Source: a virus. From it: 64,000 nucleotides of DNA. Where the stretch lies: IMG/VR virus record IMGVR_UViG_3300025073_000026, one strand, 5' to 3'. A model generated the notes under the pieces. The model had not been told where the DNA came from. It ran no database searches and saw only the letters and a list, made by a program, of their open reading frames with translations. The stretch's first letter is position 1; each line of letters starts with the position of its first letter. The position numbers and the translations under genes are program-made. Below, in pieces: positions 18,190-25,320 of the stretch.

Positions 18190-18220
18190 TGTAGCTCCTT
18201 TATCTATACTCCATTCGTGC

Positions 18221-18489
18221 CTAATCCATCCCTGTTTTGACGAACTGCCCGAATTTGCCAAGGTCCGTGATCTTGATTACATCCGGGACAAGGCCCTTCC
18301 TGCACCTGCCGTAGCGATTGACGCTCATCTGGCGATCCGTCCCGCTATGCTTCAAGTGGGTGTACTGGTGAACACCGCACGTTCCCCACGGGGTTTGTGG
18401 GGAAGCAAAGGTGCCATTGCTGCACAGCCCACAACATTCCCGGATCGTGTACCCGACTTCCTTGAGCCTGTCTTCTTATTCTTGTCCAT
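18221..18489 (-). pseudogene. frameshifted small Cys-rich gene (1-nt deletion after MDKNKK)
   Basis: Promoter, GGAGG and ATG present; after six codons a -1 shift gives DRLKEVGYTIRECCGLC...RYGRC to TAG; span is 269 nt. Confidence 0.5.
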
Positions 18490-18543
18490 TCCCAGTACAC
18501 CTCCACAACAACATACTACTCTATTCTGACCCAACCTAACATG

Positions 18544-18617
18544 TAGCCCCGACCAGAGTTGAACTGGCAATCTCTGCCTTGAGAGGGCAGTGTCATAAAC
18601 CATTAGACTACGGGGCT
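18544..18617 (-). tRNA. tRNA-Glu(CUC)
   Basis: CTGCC-CT CTC AA-GGCAG. Confidence 0.88.
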
Positions 18618-18629
18618 ATACACGAAAAG

Positions 18630-18701
18630 AGCTGCAGGGGAGGGTCGGACTCCCGTTGCCGGATTACGAATCCGGAGTACTACCAATTGTACTACTGCAG
18701 C
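18630..18701 (-). tRNA. tRNA-Thr(CGU), C55 variant
   Basis: CCGGA-TT CGT AA-TCCGG; T-loop TCCGACC. Confidence 0.85.
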
Positions 18702-18719
18702 GTAGGAGTGATATGAACA

Positions 18720-18793
18720 TGGAGCGGGTTAGGAGACTTGAACTCCTCTCTTCAGGTTGGAAGCCTGAGGCCCAGCCTCTAGACCAAACCCGC
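18720..18793 (-). tRNA. tRNA-Gly(UCC)
   Basis: TCAGG-CT TCC AA-CCTGA; encoded CCA. Confidence 0.88.
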
Positions 18794-19900
18794 TTATGAC
18801 TTCTTGAACTGGGACTCACTGATAGGCGATGCTTCCCGGAAGAACTTCTCGATATCGTAGACTGTGACCTTCTTGTTACCCACACGCATTACAGGGAATT
18901 TACCCCACGTCCACTCAGCGGGGTTCCCATCGTACTCAAAATGCTTGGTTTTCCCGGCTGCTGTTTTCCCCTCGTTACTACCCCCAAACGCCTTCTTCCA
19001 AGCCTTATCATAGAGTGCCATCATTTCCCGATTAGCATCCTCTACGATAGCCATCTCTTCCTTGGATATGGTCTCCCCACCTGCCTTTTCTGCCTTCTCC
19101 TCAATCGAACGCACTTTCTCATAAAACCTATGGCCCTGTATCTTGGCAGTTAGCATAGGTTTCACGTGGAGTTGAAGTTCCCCGATATGACCGTTGGAGT
19201 AGGTCACGTTGAGTAGCACGTCCCTGTATCCTGCACCTGTGGGGGAAACGAACCGATCCTTTGGCTTTCTGGCTAATTTGATCCCGGACTTCTGCAACTC
19301 CGTCACCACTCTGGCAAGATCCTTGTAGTGATCCACAGCCACACTGGACCGTACAATGTCTTTCAGGCATGACCAGTTCCCGCCACAGGAAATCTCCACC
19401 TTCTCCTTGGAACGTTCTTTGGTCTTCATCGGGCCAATGACAATAACCGTGCCTTTGATGGCTGAGTAGTCCGGTTCTGGATCCTCCTTATCAATCCTGA
19501 CCATTTTGGCCCCAAGAGCCTTGTCTAGTCCTTTGCCCCGGTCCAGCATATCCAACTGGTCTTCATGTGCTTCCTTGGCGGCAGCAAACAGTTTGTCAGC
19601 ATCGGAAACAGACTGTCTGACGTCGTCCGGTAAATCCGCATGGCCTCTGAATAGGGGTTGTACCTTAGCTGGCATCCCGTGGGGGGACGTATCATCTTTG
19701 GTAGTGCCAGACGGTTCATAGAAGTCCCGCACGACCTTTTTGGTGGCAGGATGTTCTTTCTTGTACGCCTCAAAGAGGCTTTTAGCACCTTCTTCAGTAG
19801 GCGACTTGTCAGCAGCCATCCTAAGTAACGGCACAAGATATCGCCGGAGAGCGGGATCAAGGTGGGCTAGTTTGATGATGGACTTACGTAGAGTGGGCAT
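18794..19900 (-). CDS. RelA/SpoT nucleotidyltransferase-domain protein with shared N-terminal leader
   Basis: PMKTKERSKEK, LKDIVRSSV, KDRF, GYRDVLLNV, GELQLH; start MPTLRK after GGAGGT. Confidence 0.75.
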   Translation of the reverse strand: MPTLRKSIIKLAHLDPALRRYLVPLLRMAADKSPTEEGAKSLFEAYKKEHPATKKVVRDFYEPSGTTKDDTSPHGMPAKVQPLFRGHADLPDDVRQSVSDADKLFAAAKEAHEDQLDMLDRGKGLDKALGAKMVRIDKEDPEPDYSAIKGTVIVIGPMKTKERSKEKVEISCGGNWSCLKDIVRSSVAVDHYKDLARVVTELQKSGIKLARKPKDRFVSPTGAGYRDVLLNVTYSNGHIGELQLHVKPMLTAKIQGHRFYEKVRSIEEKAEKAGGETISKEEMAIVEDANREMMALYDKAWKKAFGGSNEGKTAAGKTKHFEYDGNPAEWTWGKFPVMRVGNKKVTVYDIEKFFREASPISESQFKKS

Positions 19901-19961
19901 GTGGTGATCTACCTCCATGAACGTCACACTCTAGTAGGCAAGATACGGAAACTATGCAACA

Positions 19962-20037
19962 AGTGGGTCTGGCCAGGATCGGACTGGCAACTTCCAGTTT
20001 GTAGGACTGGCACTCTCCCTAGTTGAGTTACAGACCC
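19962..20037 (-). tRNA. tRNA-Val(UAC), C33 and C55 variant
   Basis: CCAGT-CC TAC AA-ACTGG; T-loop TCCGATC; ends approximate. Confidence 0.82.
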
Positions 20038-20060
20038 ATATTGAAACCAAACAACAAAAG

Positions 20061-20143
20061 TGGGGGCGATTGGATTTGAACCAACACACCTTGCGGCACA
20101 GGTACCTTAAACCTGCGTGTCTACCAGATTCCACCACGCCCCC
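20061..20143 (-). tRNA. tRNA-Leu(AAG)
   Basis: Leu-type D arm; CAGGT-TT AAG GT-ACCTG with G37; long variable arm; A73. Confidence 0.85.
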
Positions 20144-20147
20144 AGAG

Positions 20148-20234
20148 CGGAAAGAGGGGGATTCGAACCCCCGGTAGGGTTGCCCCTACGTCGGATTAGC
20201 AATCCGGTGGTTTTAGCCGCTCACCCATCTTTCC
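20148..20234 (-). tRNA. tRNA-Ser(GCU)
   Basis: TT GCT AA loop; long variable arm; G73. Confidence 0.9.
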
Positions 20235-20253
20235 GTATCCACAAATTGTCAAG

Positions 20254-20328
20254 CAGAGGTGGCGAGAATCGGACTCGCTTAGACGTCGGTTTTGGAGACC
20301 GACCGCCGTGCCCACCGGCTGCACCTCC
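20254..20328 (-). tRNA. tRNA-Trp(CCA), C8 and C55 variant
   Basis: TCGGT-CT CCA AA-ACCGA; GGAGGTG-C8; T-loop TCCGATT. Confidence 0.8.
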
Positions 20329-20333
20329 AAAGG

Positions 20334-20531
20334 TTACTCCTCAAATCCTTGTGTGTCCATGTCGATCTGGTCACCCCCACTGGCACTGATGAACCACTGT
20401 TTGGCCCCTTTCCAATATGAATTCTTCTTGGAGCAGCAAACGATCCCACAGACCTCCCCCTCATATGCCCAGACATAGGCATTGTCCGGAATCTTGGACA
20501 GAAGTTCTTTCAAACGTTTGGCTCTGATCAT
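20334..20531 (-). CDS. hypothetical protein
   Basis: GGGGG RBS-like; lies between tRNAs. Confidence 0.55.
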   Translation of the reverse strand: MIRAKRLKELLSKIPDNAYVWAYEGEVCGIVCCSKKNSYWKGAKQWFISASGGDQIDMDTQGFEE

Positions 20532-20594
20532 TCAGACCCCCCATCAAGTTACACCCTAGGCTACCCCATTAGGGTAATCTCTGGCACAAAATAC

Positions 20595-20681
20595 TGGTGG
20601 GAAGGGGATGATTCGAACATCCTAGCCCTTTCGGGATTTGATTTACAGTCAAACGTAGCCCTCCAACTCTACCGCCTTCCC
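20595..20681 (-). tRNA. tRNA-Tyr(GUA), C8 variant
   Basis: TTTGA-CT GTA AA-TCAAA; long variable arm; encoded CCA; GGGAAGG-C8. Confidence 0.88.
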
Positions 20682-20850
20682 GAATGATGTGGTAGTGCTT
20701 TCGTCCAGGCACAGGCACCTATCCATGGCATGGGGTCCGTCCGGGGTGACTTACGCAATGGCAGCCTAGATTCCAAAGTAAGCGATTCCCGAGATACAGC
20801 CCACAGCAACCCACCACCCCACATCAGAGTGATGCCGAATCTGTTGTACT

Positions 20851-21219
20851 CTAAAACTGCCCCCACCCATGTGCCATGGCATAAGCCACAGCCGGGGCCA
20901 CATTGCTCTACTCTGGCCCAACCTGTTCTCCCGTAGAAATGTCATACCACCGTACTTTCTGCCCCTTCCGATACATGGCCACCCTCCTGCCATCAGGGAG
21001 ATTGAAACCCGTTTTGGCCCCGTACACAACTCCCCAATTCACCTTTGCGTCCAACTCCAAAACCCCCATAATCAGATGTTGGAATGGAACCCCCACCCAC
21101 GATCCCACTCCTTTGATCAGTGCTTCTAGGAACATCCATGTGTAATCCAAGCTCCCCGAAGGGCACCCCACCTCCCGCACTTCATAAGGTGAGGCAGGTT
21201 CCTGGCATGGACATCCCAC
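20851..21219 (-). pseudogene. hypothetical gene with internal TAG at 20908-20910
   Basis: ...EQVGPE*SNVAPAVAYAMAHGWGQF*; the frame continues plausibly past the TAG. Confidence 0.4.
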
Positions 21220-21527
21220 AACCGATCAAGCCCGAGCCGCAAGCAAATCCGGCTCCTGTCTCTTGCACCACTGAATAGGTGAGATTTCGCCAGATGGTGT
21301 TAGTAACCATTCCCCTCCCGTAAGAGGATCACAACAGTTGCATCCATCCAACTACCCCATACAAGTATCGCAACCTGTACAGTAATAGGCTGCTTGTACC
21401 CCTTACGTGCTACGGGGGGCGGATTCAAACCGCTCGTTCAAGCATCCGTCTCCTGCGACTTATCAAAGAGCATCGTTGCTCTTACATCCTACACTACCCG
21501 ACTCACGAAAAGTCTAACAAGAAAAAG

Positions 21528-21613
21528 TGCGAGGAGAGGAACTCGAATCCCCACGGGAAGCAACTCCCACAAGAACCTGAATCTTGCGCGGCTACCAGTT
21601 TCGCCATCCTCGC
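21528..21613 (-). tRNA. tRNA-Leu(CAG)
   Basis: CAAGA-TT CAG GT-TCTTG; long variable arm; A53:U61. Confidence 0.9.
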
Positions 21614-21617
21614 ATAG

Positions 21618-21702
21618 CGGAGAGGGGGAGATTCGGACCCCCGGTGGTGTGACCCACGTCTGCTTTCCAAGCAGATGCCCTAGACCTCTAGACGACCTCT
21701 CC
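21618..21702 (-). tRNA. tRNA-Ser(GGA), C55 variant
   Basis: TCTGC-TT GGA AA-GCAGA; T-loop TCCGAAT. Confidence 0.88.
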
Positions 21703-21703
21703 G

Positions 21704-21779
21704 TGGTGCCTCCCCCACGAGTTGAACGTGGATCTCCGATTCTTCAGACCGGCGCTTAGACCACCTAAGCTAGAGAGGC
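21704..21779 (-). tRNA. tRNA-Phe(GAA)
   Basis: CCGGT-CT GAA GA-ATCGG; encoded CCA. Confidence 0.9.
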
Positions 21780-22477
21780 TTATTGGGCGCATCCAATTGC
21801 TTCTTTGTCACTAGGAACCCACATCTTCCTTCCAAGATATACTCTACGTCCTCAACCCGCCAAACCATCTTACCATAAGTGACTTCATCAGCAGGGACTT
21901 CCAACATGAATCCTATGATGTCCAGTCGTTCTTGTGGGGCTTCAACCCCCACCCACTTGAGTTGGGCAAACTGGCAATTTTCCAGCCCCCACAGTTCCTT
22001 CCCCGCCCAGATCTTGAACGCTGCCCTGGGGCCACCTTTGACAGTTGGGGTTACATTCATCTCTGGTAGGCTCTCATCCAATTCTTTGAACACGGGTTTG
22101 ATAGGCGTCACAGGGGTCGGATCCGAAACAGGCTCCCCTGTTGGCCAAAACTTATGACAGAACTCTTGCTGCTGCAAACCCAATCTCAGATATGTGACCA
22201 GAGTCCCACTACCCTCTTTGACAAAGATGCCTTTCCTATCAGCTGTAAGCAGGTACACCCCACCATGTTCGCTAGAACGACCACATAGAGGCATGACCGT
22301 TTGGTAGTCCACCTCAGTAGCAGTGCAAACTGCATACCTAACGTCGCCCTCAGCGGCCCCCGGATGATGCTCTCTGTAACGCCTTAGAGCGTGTGTAGTC
22401 ACGAAAATGGGTACTTCCATAGGTATCGGCTCCTTTCGTGTCAGGAACAGACGCAAGAGTGCCCTGTTCACGGACAC
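21770..22477 (-). CDS. hypothetical protein; N-terminal half resembles small RNase/toxin folds
   Basis: FVTTHALRRYREH...GIFV....LVTYL; own promoter at 22479-22507; function speculative. Confidence 0.55.
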   Translation of the reverse strand: MSVNRALLRLFLTRKEPIPMEVPIFVTTHALRRYREHHPGAAEGDVRYAVCTATEVDYQTVMPLCGRSSEHGGVYLLTADRKGIFVKEGSGTLVTYLRLGLQQQEFCHKFWPTGEPVSDPTPVTPIKPVFKELDESLPEMNVTPTVKGGPRAAFKIWAGKELWGLENCQFAQLKWVGVEAPQERLDIIGFMLEVPADEVTYGKMVWRVEDVEYILEGRCGFLVTKKQLDAPNKPL

Positions 22478-22518
22478 ATACTACTCTACTGCCCTATAGA
22501 GGTAACAGGAGAAAACGG

Positions 22519-22593
22519 TCGGGGTGATTGGATCCTCGAACCAGCGACACCGAAACCCCAATCTCGTGGGCTACCTGGCTGCCCTACATCCCG
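22519..22593 (-). pseudogene. degenerate tRNA-Pro(GGG)
   Basis: tRNA-like arms, but 6-nt anticodon loop, 9-nt T-loop and mismatches in the acceptor and T stems. Confidence 0.65.
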
Positions 22594-22608
22594 ATTAGAC
22601 TCAAAAGG

Positions 22609-22683
22609 TGTCCCTGGCAAGACTTGAACTTGCGCCCTACAGTTCCGGAAACTGTCGCTCTGATCCGACTGAGCTACAGGGAC
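22609..22683 (-). tRNA. tRNA-Arg(CCG)
   Basis: ACAGT-TT CCG GA-ACTGT. Confidence 0.9.
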
Positions 22684-22744
22684 AAAAACGGATTCACCGT
22701 GGTATAGTGTCTCCCGGTGGTATGTTTAACAACTTTGAGGTATT

Positions 22745-23263
22745 GTGATGACTGATTACAGTGTAGGACCGGCTATTGATCGGCTTACTGTACAGGTGCG
22801 GGAACTTACCGGGGTGCTCAAAAGGCACTTCAAAGAAATGGGGGTGCCCGAAAACGCAATAGCACCTGAATCCGCAGAGGTGGCCTTTGAGCAGGCTATG
22901 GATTTCCTGACAAAGCTGCGCACCAAAACCCTGGAAGAACCCCTCCGTGTACATCCCGGGATAGCACCTTTAGGAAAGAATCCCTTAGCGGATGCGTTTG
23001 AGGGTGTGGAGCTGGATACCGGCCTCAGGGTGGCCGTGGTCCTTATGGGGTACAAGGAGTACAGCGACCTTAGACAGCTCCATGGCAATCATTTCAGGAT
23101 GGAAGATCGGGTTGTGAGACTCCGGAAAGGAATCATGGGGTCGATATGGGGAGCGTCTATTATACGGAACAAAGAAATCCCCCCTGGCAAAGTCTATGTC
23201 ATTGCTGAACGGACAGACCCGGCTGGGACCCATCTTTATCATGCCATCAGCATAATCCGCTAG
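22745..23263 (+). CDS. hypothetical protein resembling a C-terminal segment of a major capsid protein
   Basis: AFEGVE...LRVAVVLMG..EYSDLR...LRKGIMGSIWGASIIRNKEIPPGKVYVIAE recalled as similar to HK97-fold MCP A/P-domain segments; GAGGT RBS. Confidence 0.55.
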   Translation: MMTDYSVGPAIDRLTVQVRELTGVLKRHFKEMGVPENAIAPESAEVAFEQAMDFLTKLRTKTLEEPLRVHPGIAPLGKNPLADAFEGVELDTGLRVAVVLMGYKEYSDLRQLHGNHFRMEDRVVRLRKGIMGSIWGASIIRNKEIPPGKVYVIAERTDPAGTHLYHAISIIR

Positions 23264-23298
23264 CGCACTCCTGCAAACCTCTCAGATATTCTACTAGG

Positions 23299-23371
23299 CA
23301 GCGGTGGGAGGATTCGAACCTCCGTAGTGACCGGTCCAGAGCCGGTTGCCTTACCACTTGGCGACACCGCT
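23299..23371 (-). tRNA. tRNA-Gln(CUG)
   Basis: ACCGG-CT CTG GA-CCGGT; G73. Confidence 0.9.
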
Positions 23372-23564
23372 ATAAGATAGGAGTCCTGATTGGCACTCTC
23401 TTGACTTCCAACGTGTTCGGATCAATGATGGTTCTCCAACCTATGATCCGGCGTTCATGCTTAGGAGCAATTGGCTCTTCAGATGCCAGTAGGTTGTTGT
23501 CCGGTGTGTCATAGCCAAGATTGTCTGGGTGGAAGTAATAGAGCATGGTAGCACCCCCATACAT
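23370..23564 (-). CDS. hypothetical protein
   Basis: Small ORF between tRNAs; likely start MLYYF. Confidence 0.45.
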   Translation of the reverse strand: MYGGATMLYYFHPDNLGYDTPDNNLLASEEPIAPKHERRIIGWRTIIDPNTLEVKRVPIRTPIL

Positions 23565-23584
23565 CGACTATACCACAGACATAG

Positions 23585-23656
23585 CGGGAGTGACGAGAAT
23601 CGGACTCGCCTCATTGGCGTGACAAGCCAACCGCCTCACCAGAAGCGTACACCCCC
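23585..23656 (-). tRNA. tRNA-Asp(GUC), C55 variant
   Basis: TTGGC-TT GTC AC-GCCAA; G73; T-loop TCCGATT. Confidence 0.85.
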
Positions 23657-23674
23657 ATGAGCACGGAAAGGAAG

Positions 23675-23747
23675 GGTGAGTGATCGGGATCGAACCGACG
23701 ATAGAAGGGACCACAGCCCTTTGCCCTACCACTAGGCGACACTCACC
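23675..23747 (-). tRNA. tRNA-His(GUG) with genomically encoded G-1
   Basis: AAGGG-CT GTG GT-CCCTT; G-1 opposite C73. Confidence 0.9.
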
Positions 23748-23751
23748 ATCT

Positions 23752-24081
23752 TCAACTACTTTTCTGGTCACTCCCTGCACAATCACCCCAGAAGCGACCT
23801 TCGTGGGTTCGCATCAATCCACAGGCATACTTCCTAGCGGAGCCAGTGCCAGTATGTTCCACTACTGGAGCACCACAATCCGGGCAGGGCTTATTCATGA
23901 CCCACCCATCCAGATACGCCCGATCCTTACCAGCACACTCCATGGAACACCATGCCATCTCCCACTCTTCATCGTAGAAGCGAGTATCCCCCAGAGAAAC
24001 ACGCTTCCCACAACAAGGGCAATTGAATTCATCCTTGTACCGATGGATGACGGAACTCTTGAGTGTTGCTAGAAATGCCAT
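23752..24081 (-). CDS. zinc-finger hypothetical protein
   Basis: CPCCG, WCSMEC, CPDCG; promoter at 24102-24129. Confidence 0.6.
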   Translation of the reverse strand: MAFLATLKSSVIHRYKDEFNCPCCGKRVSLGDTRFYDEEWEMAWCSMECAGKDRAYLDGWVMNKPCPDCGAPVVEHTGTGSARKYACGLMRTHEGRFWGDCAGSDQKSS

Positions 24082-24132
24082 GCGAATCACCTCCACAGGC
24101 ATACTACCCGGCACAGCAGGATCCTAACAGAG

Positions 24133-24457
24133 CGGGTGTGGGAGGAATTGAACCTCCAACCTACGGATTACCCGTGCCCCCAAGTTTCCTTGGGACGTGG
24201 ACTATCTCATCATCCTAATCTGCTAGGATGCCGGGGGCTGACGGGGCTTATTGCTTTGGCTCTGCTCATCCCCTAGTCTCTGCACCTTCCAACCTACACA
24301 CTAAAACCAATTCGGTTGGTTCGGCTCAGGGTCACCATGCCCACCCGTAGAGGTGGGTTTAGGCTTCCTTGAATTCTCCCGGTTTGTCATGCTGGGTTAC
24401 CCCAACAAGCTGCATTTTCCTACAGTCCGTTGCCCTAACCAATTGGGCCACACACCC
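24133..24457 (-). tRNA. tRNA-Asn(GUU) split by a group I intron (exons 24422-24457 and 24133-24170)
   Basis: Spliced loop ACGGA-CT GT|T AA-TCCGT; G73. Confidence 0.85.
24171..24421 (-). mobile_element. group I intron (251 nt, no ORF), IC3-like
   Basis: P AATTCAAGGAAGC, Q GACCCTGAGCC, R GTGCAGAGACTAG, S GAGATAGTCC; P1 exon CUGU pairs with IGS GCAG (U.G at the splice site); terminal omegaG. Confidence 0.88.
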
Positions 24458-24470
24458 ATCGCTAAAACAG

Positions 24471-24545
24471 TAGCAGGAGAGGGAATTGAACCCCCGACTG
24501 ACGCAGAATATGGGTCTGCCGCACTACCAACTGTGCTATCCTGCT
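24471..24545 (-). tRNA. tRNA-Met/Ile2(CAU), C33 variant
   Basis: GCAGA-CC CAT AT-TCTGC; A1-U72; 7-nt variable loop. Confidence 0.8.
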
Positions 24546-24546
24546 A

Positions 24547-24622
24547 TGGTGGGAATGGCGGTAGTCGAAACCGCACTCTCAGGTTGAAAACCTGATGTCC
24601 AGAACCGCTAGACCACATTCCC
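24547..24622 (-). tRNA. tRNA-Glu(UUC)
   Basis: TCAGG-TT TTC AA-CCTGA; encoded CCA; U53:A61. Confidence 0.88.
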
Positions 24623-24634
24623 ATCCTGCAACAG

Positions 24635-24707
24635 TCGGAACGGGCAGAGTCGAACTGCCGACCTAACGGTTATCAACCGTTTGCTCTACCAACTGAGCTA
24701 CGCTCCG
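24635..24707 (-). tRNA. tRNA-Ile(GAU)
   Basis: AACGG-TT GAT AA-CCGTT. Confidence 0.9.
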
Positions 24708-24719
24708 AAACTATCCAAC

Positions 24720-24812
24720 ACGGAGGCCATGGGGGTGGTCTCTACACAGACCGTCACTTTGGGGTAGGTGTGTAGCCTTTTCCCAAAATTCAGACCCCCA
24801 TGGACTCTCCGT
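24720..24812 (-). ncRNA. novel structured RNA: three-way junction with kissing loops
   Basis: Outer stems ACGGAG/CTCCGT and CCATGGGGGT/ACCCCCATGG; two inner hairpins with complementary loops CTACAC and GTGTAG; strand inferred from the flanking tRNAs. Confidence 0.6.
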
Positions 24813-24814
24813 AG

Positions 24815-24888
24815 TCGGAGTGAGTGGATTTGAACCACCGGCCATCTGAGCCCGACTCAGAAGCTCTACCAGGCTGAGCTACACTCCG
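24815..24888 (-). tRNA. tRNA-Pro(CGG)
   Basis: TCTGA-GT CGG GC-TCAGA (unusual G32/C38). Confidence 0.85.
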
Positions 24889-24892
24889 ATAG

Positions 24893-24965
24893 CGGGCGAT
24901 ACAGAACTCGGATCTGTATTCCAGGATTCGTAATCCTGTGTCCTCTCCAATTAGACTAATCGCCC
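24893..24965 (-). tRNA. tRNA-Arg(ACG), C55 variant
   Basis: CAGGA-TT ACG AA-TCCTG; T arm ACAGA-TCCGAGT-TCTGT. Confidence 0.85.
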
Positions 24966-24972
24966 GTAAATG

Positions 24973-25194
24973 TCACGATTGATTTGCACGAAGACGCTTG
25001 GCTTTGTGCATCCGATTTAAAGTTGGCACATGAAGCCACCACTCCTTCCCGGTATCCCGACATCGGAAACCTATTCGGAAATTCTCTTTATCCTCTAGGG
25101 AGTCTATAATCCAATCATCGTGCCCTGCACCATATCTGCCCATGGCATCAAATAGCTGATCCAGATCCCCGAAGTCTCCGCTTTTCATCATCAC
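24973..25194 (-). CDS. hypothetical protein
   Basis: AAGGTG RBS; lies between tRNAs. Confidence 0.5.
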   Translation of the reverse strand: MMMKSGDFGDLDQLFDAMGRYGAGHDDWIIDSLEDKENFRIGFRCRDTGKEWWLHVPTLNRMHKAKRLRANQS

Positions 25195-25226
25195 GGCACC
25201 TTTTGTTGTTTCATCCCATTTCCAAC

Positions 25227-25303
25227 TGGAGGCGTCACCCGGATTTGAACCGGGGCAATGCCGAATTTGCAGTCCGGTGCTTTACCACCTTAGCTATGAC
25301 GCC
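25227..25303 (-). tRNA. tRNA-Cys(GCA)
   Basis: CCGGA-CT GCA AA-TTCGG; U73 and encoded CCA. Confidence 0.92.
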
Positions 25304-25320
25304 ACATGCTTCAATCTCGG

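Noticed and set aside
21230-21500. Possible tRNA or tmRNA remnant (GCGG-TTTGAAT-CCGC) downstream of a promoter
   Set aside because: Only a T-arm-like hairpin; no acceptor, D or anticodon arm, and no tag ORF could be built. It may still be an ncRNA, but I cannot support that
24133-24457. Alternative reading as tRNA-Thr(GGU) with the intron after U33
   Set aside because: The P1 U.G pair falls on U35, and G73 fits Asn
24720-24812. Hammerhead ribozyme
   Set aside because: CTGA is present, but the CUGAnGA and GAAA core and the NUH site are missing
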